Source: Promethearchaeota archaeon
GTDB taxonomy: Archaea; Asgardarchaeota; Lokiarchaeia; Sigyniarchaeales; SOKP01
Direction of reading: 5' to 3'
NCBI GenBank assembly: GCA_016839705.1
Contig: JAEOTR010000050.1
Location: 1 to 10,664 of the forward strand
DNA length: 10,664 nt
Shown: positions 1 through 7,189 of the stretch, in pieces
How the letters are laid out: every line of letters begins with the position of its first letter
How positions within the stretch are numbered: the first letter of the stretch is position 1
Notes under the pieces: generated by a model
Seen by the model: the letters and a program-made list of their open reading frames with translations, nothing else
Told to the model about the DNA's origin: nothing
Database searches by the model: none
Position numbers and translations under genes: made by a program

Positions 1-2426
1 AGGTATGCGGAGATAATTCCAACTATGAATGAATAAACTAAAAATGGGAGTAATGCTAATAGTGTTTCCCCAATGATTAGCCCATAAGGAGAAAATAAGA
101 TGAGTAGTGCAAATATTGAAAAAACTAGATAAATTAAAGCATTAAGCATTATAGCTTGTAATTTTTTTCTTCTTTTTAAAAGAAAAGTCAAGATTACTCC
201 TCTATAAAATAATTCTTGCCAAAAAATATAACAGGAATTTCCTAAAACCTGAAATACCTGAATCCCTATACTAATTGGTATAAAGGCAAAAAATCCATAT
301 AGCGCTCCTATTAAAATGCTTAGGAGATAAACTCCGATAACGCCAATAGAGGCCCATAATAAGTATTTAAGCAAAGAATTAATCCATCTAACCTTAATGT
401 CACCTAAATATTCTTTAATTGACTTCTTCCCATAAGGGAGTCCAAATATTTTGGGTATTATTAGCAACAATAATGGTGTATAACTTAAATTGAATAAAAT
501 CAGCATAACCAAACTAGACCAATCATACCCAAACCAAATTGAGGGAAAATTATCAACTAGTTGTAAATTGTGAAGTAAAAGAGAAGATAGATATACTGTT
601 AAGGAATAGAATATCGAGAGAATAATAATAGATAACCACCCATGCTGTGTAAAGGTAGTTTGTTTTCCTTCTTTGGGAAATTGTGGTTGTAACTTAGAGA
701 TTATTTTAAATTCTGGTATGATAGGAAGAGTCTTATCAAAGATAAAAATCGCAGTTAATACTCCAACTATCGTTACCCCGAAATAAAAAATTATCAAATT
801 TAACGTGATTCTGAAAATAAATACAAAAGAAATTGTCCAGAAAGCGATTATATATTGTAAGCTTATAATTAACGTCCATTTTAAAAATCTATTCTCTGGA
901 TTAACATCATCTATTTTATAATGCTTTTTTAATTTCCCGAAAAAGAGGATCTTCATCTCAAAAGTCAAGATTAAAATTATCCAGGTAAATGGTAAGGAAA
1001 CTATTGACGCTAAGAGAAAAAAATTAAATTTTAAATTTGTTATATAAAGTATAAGTGGAGTAAATACAGCTATTGTTTGAAATATCATTAATAATATGAT
1101 TTTTGCTTTAGCTTGTTCTCGAGGGCTGATTGGAAGTGAAACAGTGATTGACTGACCTGAAATTTCAATGTTATTTAAGCCATATACAAACATACCGGAA
1201 ATAATAGGACAAAATATCAATATTCCAACACAATAAATAAGAATATGTCTTTCAATTTCAATTACCTCATTCATACTTCCGAAATTAAAAGAAAATGTGA
1301 AAATACATGATAGAATTATAGGCATTATAATCGCCATGAAAGTTTTCAGATCATGGGTGATTATTGAAAGATCCTTACGTAAAAATGCACCTAATGACGA
1401 GTATGTTTTTATTTCAACTTGTATCTTATCTTTAACTAAATTTTTCTTCTGATTGGTAGGTTCTTGATGTGAAATTCCTTCTAACGTCTTTGATGTTTTA
1501 GAATGAATCCACCATGTAAGCAGTACAAATAAACCTAAACCTATGAGAGTACTAATCCAAAATGTTAAATTAATTTGACTTTGAATAATAATAATAGTTA
1601 CTAAATAACTAGGGTTAAATGGATATGGAACAATACTTAGTATAAGATTAACTAAAGCTGACTGTTCAAACCCAATTACAATAAGAAAAATAGTCTCGAT
1701 ATTCCCAAACGCCCATTGGATCAAATAAACACTACTAAGAATTATGAAAAGGTAACTAAATATATTGATCAGCCTAATTGAAAGAGATCTTTTTGAATTA
1801 GTAGTATTGAAATCCATGACCCGATTGAGCCTTTTTCCGAGTAAAATTACTATATCAAAAGAAAAAATAATGTTTAAAATTGATATTCCAAGGCATACAA
1901 AAAAAATTATTACATTCTGAGTACCAATCAACATAGTGATTGGGAAACCTAATATCATTACAATTATAGGAATGTCAAAACTTCTAAACAATGTTAAATA
2001 GGCCAACTTCCCTAATTTTTCTCTCGAGATAGGTAACGTTTTAAACCAGGCAAAAAGAGTGCCCGACATTATCATACCCGATTCTAATATACACATTAGA
2101 AAGAAGTTGAAGAACTGTAAAGCAAAGTAAAGCCCAAAAAACACACTACCTGTTAATATTATATTTTCTACGGAAATAAGCCCATCAATTAAATTTCGAG
2201 CTATTTGAAAATAAGTTAAGACAGGTAGCAAAGGTAAAATTCCAAAGATTATAGAATAGAGTATTTTTGTGGCAATTACTTTAATTTTGAAGTGATTCGG
2301 TTTTCTTCTATATTTTTCTAAAAATTTTGTTGGATATTGACGTTTAGTCTGAAGCATTCCTTGTAATAAAATTTCTTCATTGGTTAATTTCGCAAAATGA
2401 TACAGGGTTAATTTTCCTTGATCCAT
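1..2426 (-). CDS. Large polytopic membrane protein (3'-truncated by the window edge): ABC exporter/ABC-2-type permease-like region fused to a C-terminal CPBP (CAAX protease/Abi)-like domain
   Basis: Not in the ORF track, consistent with no stop codon inside the window. Manual translation from ATG 2426 gives MDQGKLTLYHFAKLTNEEILLQG... and the same frame reads ...LALLPFLVYSFIVGIISAY at the left edge. It has many hydrophobic segments and permease-type motifs (WFKTLPISREKL, AFLRKDLSII near 1375, EISGQSITVSLPISPREQAKAK near 1100-1165). A CPBP-like motif WQELFYRGVIL lies at 221-189. Confidence 0.85.
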   Translation of the reverse strand, partial: MDQGKLTLYHFAKLTNEEILLQGMLQTKRQYPTKFLEKYRRKPNHFKIKVIATKILYSIIFGILPLLPVLTYFQIARNLIDGLISVENIILTGSVFFGLYFALQFFNFFLMCILESGMIMSGTLFAWFKTLPISREKLGKLAYLTLFRSFDIPIIVMILGFPITMLIGTQNVIIFFVCLGISILNIIFSFDIVILLGKRLNRVMDFNTTNSKRSLSIRLINIFSYLFIILSSVYLIQWAFGNIETIFLIVIGFEQSALVNLILSIVPYPFNPSYLVTIIIIQSQINLTFWISTLIGLGLFVLLTWWIHSKTSKTLEGISHQEPTNQKKNLVKDKIQVEIKTYSSLGAFLRKDLSIITHDLKTFMAIIMPIILSCIFTFSFNFGSMNEVIEIERHILIYCVGILIFCPIISGMFVYGLNNIEISGQSITVSLPISPREQAKAKIILLMIFQTIAVFTPLILYITNLKFNFFLLASIVSLPFTWIILILTFEMKILFFGKLKKHYKIDDVNPENRFLKWTLIISLQYIIAFWTISFVFIFRITLNLIIFYFGVTIVGVLTAIFIFDKTLPIIPEFKIISKLQPQFPKEGKQTTFTQHGWLSIIILSIFYSLTVYLSSLLLHNLQLVDNFPSIWFGYDWSSLVMLILFNLSYTPLLLLIIPKIFGLPYGKKSIKEYLGDIKVRWINSLLKYLLWASIGVIGVYLLSILIGALYGFFAFIPISIGIQVFQVLGNSCYIFWQELFYRGVILTFLLKRRKKLQAIMLNALIYLVFSIFALLILFSPYGLIIGETLLALLPFLVYSFIVGIISAY

Positions 2427-2995
2427 AATAATTTATTTTAAAGTTCTATTCTCTATAAAACATTAAAAATATTCTAGTTAAATTTTTGTTTAAATACACA
2501 TCTCATTTAGGCCAATAAAATAAATTCATCTTGTTATTAAAGTATGAACACCAAATTAAGTTTTTAATTTCAGTCTCTAAGATATACAACAAGTGTTATT
2601 TGTTTTTAAATACTTCATGTATTCGAAAGAAGATTTTTGATATAGAATTATATTAATATACTGGTTCAGAAACATAACCAAGATATTAACAGTTGATTAA
2701 CTATAAATTATGGGAAGAAGTCGTTTAGTCATATTTCAAGTGGTGTGTATTAAAAATTTCATAAAAAATTTCGAAGATAACCTAAATGAAATTTTATAAT
2801 TATTTAATGATTATTTGGAATGATTTAGAAAAGGCTAAAAAGAAGCTAGTATTATCATATTAGATTATAAAGATATGTTTTGAATTTAACTGAATTTTAA
2901 ATTTTCAAATCGCACCTTACGAGTTTTATACGAAGCATATTCCGATTTTAACTCCAGATATGAAGTTTAATACTTTACATTTATTGTAAATCGGA

Positions 2996-3003
2996 TTTAT
3001 AAT
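2996..3003 (+). promoter_or_regulatory. Putative archaeal TATA box for aIF-1A
   Basis: TTTATAAT about 37 nt upstream of ATG 3040. The AT-rich background weakens the call. Confidence 0.35.
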
Positions 3004-3039
3004 TTTAGCGAGTTAGAAGAACTAAAGAGTAGATTATAT

Positions 3040-3432
3040 ATGCCTAAAATGAAAAAGAATCAACAAAAAAAAGGACGGAGGAGTTACACTCCCGCTCCGA
3101 CTCCAACAGTATCGAGAGTAAAAATGCCATATAGAAGGAATGGCGAAATGTTTGCGCGGGTTGTTGAGATATTTGGTCAAGAACGGATGGGTGTTTTTTG
3201 TGAAGATGGGAAACACCGAATTGGGAGAATCCGCGGAAAAATCAAAAAAAGAGTGTGGATAAGAAAAGGAGATTTAGTTGTAATTAATCCCTGGGAATTT
3301 GAAACGCAAGTTGAGGGTAAATCAGAGAAATGTGAAATTTCATGGAGATATTTACGACATGAAGTTTCTTATTTAGAACGTACTAGAAGAATTCCTGAAA
3401 CTTTAGATATTAATAACATTCCACTCTTCTAA
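3040..3432 (+). CDS. eif1a: Translation initiation factor aIF-1A/eIF-1A (S1-like OB fold)
   Basis: Family signature: RVKMP...GEMFARVVEIFG..RMGVFCEDGKHRIGRIRGKIKKRVWIRKGDLVVINPWEF...KCEISWRY. Confidence 0.96.
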   Translation: MPKMKKNQQKKGRRSYTPAPTPTVSRVKMPYRRNGEMFARVVEIFGQERMGVFCEDGKHRIGRIRGKIKKRVWIRKGDLVVINPWEFETQVEGKSEKCEISWRYLRHEVSYLERTRRIPETLDINNIPLF

Positions 3433-3438
3433 AAACAA

Positions 3439-3463
3439 TTTTTTATTTAAGAACTAAAAAAAA
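3439..3463. terminator. Putative bidirectional oligo-T terminator region between convergent aIF-1A and cold-shock genes
   Basis: T6 on + (3439-3444) just after the aIF-1A stop. A8 on + (3456-3463) is T8 on the minus strand, downstream of the csp gene. Confidence 0.5.
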
Positions 3464-3562
3464 GATAAGATTCGATAACAATCGCAGAACAAGGTCTTAC
3501 TAATTACTACCTACTACTTATTAAATTTTATTATATATTATTGATTTGCAACAAAAAGAAGC

Positions 3563-3802
3563 TTAATATCGAAAATCTCGAACTTGTGCAGGAGCGGCTT
3601 CAGTTACTACTACTTTACTCGCAGCAGGACCTTTATCACCTTGGGTGATCTCAAATTCTACTTTATCGTTTTCGTTAAGTGTAGCAAATTCATCACCCTT
3701 TTTAACAATGGCACTGTGATGAACGAATATATCTCCTTCTTCAGTTGCTATAAATCCATAACCTTTACGGTTATTAAACCATTTAACTGTACCTTCAGTC
3801 AA
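3563..3802 (-). CDS. cspA: Cold-shock domain protein (CspA family)
   Basis: GTVKWFN, RNP-1 KGYGFI, RNP-2 IFVHHS and [15 protein letters not shown] are present. Start is probably TTG at 3802 (MTEGTVKWF); the ORF track uses the upstream TTG at 3814. Confidence 0.95.
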   Translation of the reverse strand: MTEGTVKWFNNRKGYGFIATEEGDIFVHHSAIVKKGDEFATLNENDKVEFEITQGDKGPAASKVVVTEAAPAQVRDFRY

Positions 3803-3842
3803 TTTTAAAACCAATTTTTTACTTAAATTAAATTTTGCTATA

Positions 3843-3857
3843 AGTTCATATTGAACT
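3843..3857. promoter_or_regulatory. Palindrome AGTTCA-N3-TGAACT upstream of csp (possible operator or 5'-UTR hairpin)
   Basis: Perfect 6-bp inverted repeat 40-55 nt upstream of the csp start, next to a TATA-like CATAAATA on the minus strand. Confidence 0.3.
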
Positions 3858-3983
3858 ATTTATGAAAATGATTGATAATGTAAAAATGTTATGTTTTTCC
3901 GGTTAGTCTTTAGCTAATTTACTCATTGGTTTTTTCAGACAAAAACTTTTTTTTAACATGATAATTAGATTTTGTCATAACCT

Positions 3984-4736
3984 TTATTCTAGATTAAAAT
4001 TAAATTCACTTATTTTATCGTGAATCTTATTCTTTAATTCCCTTGACATATCGTTAATAAATTCCTCGGGAATTCGCTCTAAATACTCACTTAAAACATT
4101 TTCAATTGTAGGAGAGATCTTATTAATTACGAGTTCAAGAATTTCATGTTTCTTTAGATAGTTACTCCGAAATGCCTGAATATAGATTCTGTTAAGCTTC
4201 TTTAACCACCCCCTTCCTTTATTTTCTAACATTCTAAGCACCTTTCTTGAACTTGCATCATTAAAATATTGAAACTCAAACTCGTACTTAATTAATATGT
4301 TTTCAAAGTACTGTATTATCTGCTCTTTTTCTTTTAAATTTAAATTCACCTTAGAATTAAGAAAAATAATTACCATATATTTATTAAATAAATAATATAA
4401 CTGAACTTTAATGTTAGAGCCATGAATTTCAAGATGCGATAAATTTTGAATGTTAGCTTGTCCTGCAAATGTTTTAAATGAACTGAAATACATTGAAATT
4501 AAATCGATTTCTAATAAATTCTTATTATCTTCAGATAGATATGATTTTATAGAGCCGTAATGTTCGTCTGGCTTGTTTTCATATTCAAGAACCATAATTG
4601 TATTTCCAAACTGATCTGCAATTAAAATTCCTATAATTGGAGGTATTATGTTAAGATTATAAGAGAAACGGGCAATGTTTTCAAGTTTTTCATTTGCTGA
4701 AGTTTTATGGTTTAGAATTGGATTGTATGATTTCAT
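3984..4736 (-). CDS. Hypothetical protein, possible longin/roadblock (profilin-like) domain plus C-terminal helical region
   Basis: 250-aa ORF. The apparent pattern is strand-turn-strand (IIGILIADQFGNTIMVLEY), helix (DLISMYFSSFKTFAGQ), three strands (HLEIHG, IKVQLYY, YMVIIFLN), then a helix. The fold call is by eye. Confidence 0.7.
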   Translation of the reverse strand: MKSYNPILNHKTSANEKLENIARFSYNLNIIPPIIGILIADQFGNTIMVLEYENKPDEHYGSIKSYLSEDNKNLLEIDLISMYFSSFKTFAGQANIQNLSHLEIHGSNIKVQLYYLFNKYMVIIFLNSKVNLNLKEKEQIIQYFENILIKYEFEFQYFNDASSRKVLRMLENKGRGWLKKLNRIYIQAFRSNYLKKHEILELVINKISPTIENVLSEYLERIPEEFINDMSRELKNKIHDKISEFNFNLE

Positions 4737-4917
4737 AACAAGGAGGATTGAATCATTATATTATTAAATCATTTTATTGTAGTTGCATTTCAAATATTTG
4801 TTCAATCCTAATAAATGTCGAGGGGGGTGTCGGTTTTAACGAAAAGTGAATATTTCCTTTATAAGTTATACCGACAAAAAGCATTTAACGAGCAATTATA
4901 TGGTTTGAAGGTGATAG

Positions 4918-4925
4918 AAAAAAAA
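4918..4925 (-). terminator. Putative oligo-T terminator of the SDR gene
   Basis: T8 on the minus strand about 17 nt after the TAG at 4945-4943. Confidence 0.45.
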
Positions 4926-4942
4926 GATATTAAAAATTCACA

Positions 4943-6025
4943 CTACTTTAAGGCGGGATTAACGAGGCCAAGATCAATCATAGTTTTCCCAGTTTCGTAT
5001 AAAGTATCCTCGATGGTATGAGTCTTGAGACCAAGTTCTTCACGTGCTTTATCGCAATGGGCAATAGGTGCTTGGAAGACCGCGCCATATTTCTCAATTT
5101 TTTTATGTATTTCATCTGGGGGACCTCCTACATTTATATGTGGAAATAACTTCTGAAGATGCGCTTGAAGTTGTAATGCATCGATTTCACCAGATTCGTC
5201 AGTAGCACTCAATTGATAGCGCCAACCATTCTTGCAGACATCACTTTCGATCATTAGTGCTTGTGATTCGCCAACATCACGAACATCTACGATATTCCAC
5301 AAGGCGTTCCATTGACGCTCACATGGCTCCCCAGCTAGCATACGACCAAGAAACCACTGCCAAGAATACATTCGTTCGTGCACCCTTGAGAGAAGTGGGC
5401 CCAAAACAGCAATAGGGCAAACAGAAATGACATCAAAACGCCCATCCTTCTCAGCAAACTGATTTGCCATATGTTCGCACTCGACCTTTGCCATGGAATA
5501 AGCCATGTCCCCATCCACATCGATTCTATCTTTAGTCCAATTTGGATCATTCTCACGATTGTCTGTAGCCCAATCTTTCTCGGTAAAGACATAACCAGGT
5601 TTCATGGGGTGATGTATAGCAGAAAATGAGCTTGTGTAAATGAATCGTCTTACTGTGTCTACCTTTTTAACAGAATTGAGGACGTTTTTAGTACCATTTA
5701 TAGCACCATCATATATCTGTCGGGGATTATTTGCACGACCATAACCCATAGGTGTACCTGCATGGAGTACAGCAGTACAATCAGTAAATGGTGTATCATA
5801 ACTACCTTCTTGGAGCAAATTTCCGGAGAAAAGCTTCACAATACCAGGATAATCACTTTTATTAAGTGCCAGAAGGTGTTCCGTCTTATCGGGATTATCC
5901 AATTGGGTCACGCAGGCGTGAACAGTGTACCCTTTCTTTACCAACGCAACAACGACATGAGAACCAACATAGCCCGAAGCCCCAGTCACTGCAACCGGAC
6001 CATCAGACGCTCTTACTGCTGGCAT
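4943..6025 (-). CDS. NAD(P)-dependent epimerase/dehydratase family extended SDR (aldehyde reductase II / dihydroflavonol reductase-like)
   Basis: Rossmann motif VAVTGASGYVG, followed by AVLHAG, GTKNVL, catalytic YTSS and YxxxK (YSMAK), and IVDVRDV. Confidence 0.92.
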   Translation of the reverse strand: MPAVRASDGPVAVTGASGYVGSHVVVALVKKGYTVHACVTQLDNPDKTEHLLALNKSDYPGIVKLFSGNLLQEGSYDTPFTDCTAVLHAGTPMGYGRANNPRQIYDGAINGTKNVLNSVKKVDTVRRFIYTSSFSAIHHPMKPGYVFTEKDWATDNRENDPNWTKDRIDVDGDMAYSMAKVECEHMANQFAEKDGRFDVISVCPIAVLGPLLSRVHERMYSWQWFLGRMLAGEPCERQWNALWNIVDVRDVGESQALMIESDVCKNGWRYQLSATDESGEIDALQLQAHLQKLFPHINVGGPPDEIHKKIEKYGAVFQAPIAHCDKAREELGLKTHTIEDTLYETGKTMIDLGLVNPALK

Positions 6026-6030
6026 TTTCC

Positions 6031-6037
6031 CCTCCTT
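6031..6037 (-). promoter_or_regulatory. Shine-Dalgarno-like site AAGGAGG
   Basis: The minus strand reads AAGGAGGGGAAA-ATG at the SDR start. Confidence 0.6.
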
Positions 6038-6075
6038 GAATATTTTCTCATTATATTCACCTTTATTTGAATTAG

Positions 6076-6100
6076 TTACTAAGTTTACTAAGAGGTAAAC
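6076..6100. promoter_or_regulatory. Putative operator: GTTTAC-N6-GTAAAC inverted repeat overlapping a TTACTAAG direct repeat
   Basis: Inverted repeat at 6083-6088/6095-6100 and direct repeats at 6076-6083 and 6085-6092. It lies immediately downstream of a minus-strand TATAAAAT (6110-6103). Confidence 0.35.
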
Positions 6101-6191
6101 CTATTTTATACTTCATATTTTCTAAAAATTAAAAGAACTTAATAATTATATCATTAGATTCGATAAATGCAGTTTAGTTCAATATTTAATT

Positions 6192-7037
6192 TTAGTATAA
6201 GGATTGAAATATGCAACCAACCGGGATCTGGAAAACTGGGATTTCAGGAAACTCTTTTTCAAGATACTGTGCGAGTGTTCTCATGCCGGGTTCTTCTGAC
6301 AGAGAATGGTTTACGATTATAAGTGGAATTCCAGTATCCATTGACCATTGACCAGACTCCCAAAAAAATGTGCCATCATCGGTTAAAAGGAGTACTTCTC
6401 CACCCAATTCATACATATCTCGATAATTTGACGCTGCTCCAGTTGCTATCGCGATTTTTGTAACTTTTTTATCTAAATCCCCAATCACTTGAATTGAGTC
6501 TTGTCCAAGAGGTTTTATTCTATCTAGGATATTTTTGCTTAATCGTTCTAATGTAACTTCTTCAATCTCATGAAGCTCATAAAAAGGTATAACTTTCAGT
6601 GGAGTTTTTTTAAACCCTAACCATGTAGCCCAAGCACCATGTACGCCAATATCAGGATAATTATCCCAAAAATCATGACATCTCAAAACAACTAAATTAT
6701 TCTGTTCTAACCACTCCATTTTTCTAATCCAAATGTCGTCAGCATCTAATTTTCTTTTTCCAGTAACCCATCGAGCATGACGATCTTTTATAATAGGACT
6801 CTCAATAATATTACCTTCATCATCAATTTTCGCTGCAAACAACGCTTCGTGGGTAATAAATACGTTACATCCTTCTTTTAACGCTTTTTTTAGGTTGGTA
6901 AGAGTTGGCATCCAAGAAACGGCAATCCCCTTAACCTCCGTTTCTGGTTCACCATAAAGAAATTGATCAAACGTTCTTTCCCAATTTACCCATTTCCCAA
7001 CTCTTCGAAAGTGATTTAACAATTCTATAGATTTCAT
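6192..7037 (-). CDS. Nif3-like (DUF34/YbgI) dinuclear metal-centre protein
   Basis: D...GEPETEVKGIAVSW, FITHE, LRCHDFWD, KIAIATG and C-terminal VNHSLSEEPGMRTLAQYL match the metal-ligand layout of the family. Confidence 0.9.
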   Translation of the reverse strand: MKSIELLNHFRRVGKWVNWERTFDQFLYGEPETEVKGIAVSWMPTLTNLKKALKEGCNVFITHEALFAAKIDDEGNIIESPIIKDRHARWVTGKRKLDADDIWIRKMEWLEQNNLVVLRCHDFWDNYPDIGVHGAWATWLGFKKTPLKVIPFYELHEIEEVTLERLSKNILDRIKPLGQDSIQVIGDLDKKVTKIAIATGAASNYRDMYELGGEVLLLTDDGTFFWESGQWSMDTGIPLIIVNHSLSEEPGMRTLAQYLEKEFPEIPVFQIPVGCIFQSLY

Positions 7038-7137
7038 TTTATAAATTATATAGAATTGAAAAATTATTAAATTTTGAGTTTAAAAATATAAAAATTATTT
7101 CATTATATCTAAAAACTTGATTACTCGATAAATAAGG

Positions 7138-7145
7138 TTTATATA
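7138..7145 (+). promoter_or_regulatory. Putative archaeal TATA box for the beta-propeller gene
   Basis: TTTATATA (matches consensus TTTAWATA) preceded by the purine-rich AATAAGG, about 45 nt upstream of ATG 7190. Confidence 0.45.
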
Positions 7146-7189
7146 TTCCCATATTATAATATTTTACAATTAGAAAAATAAGATTTCTA

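Noticed and set aside
2427-3039. Replication origin or CRISPR array in the long AT-rich gap
   Set aside because: No repeated ORB-like boxes, no adjacent cdc6/orc1 gene and no regularly spaced repeats.
3034-3216. 60-aa minus-strand ORF
   Set aside because: Antisense shadow of the well-supported aIF-1A gene, with no recognisable motif.
3584-3808. 74-aa plus-strand ORF
   Set aside because: Antisense to the cold-shock gene.
4815-5021. 68-aa plus-strand ORF
   Set aside because: Overlaps the SDR 3' end in antisense and has no motif, so it is probably spurious.
5335-5592. 85-aa alternative-frame ORF inside the SDR gene
   Set aside because: Fully nested on the same strand, as expected by chance in a GC-richer gene.
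5762-6070. 102-aa plus-strand ORF
   Set aside because: Antisense to the SDR 5' region.
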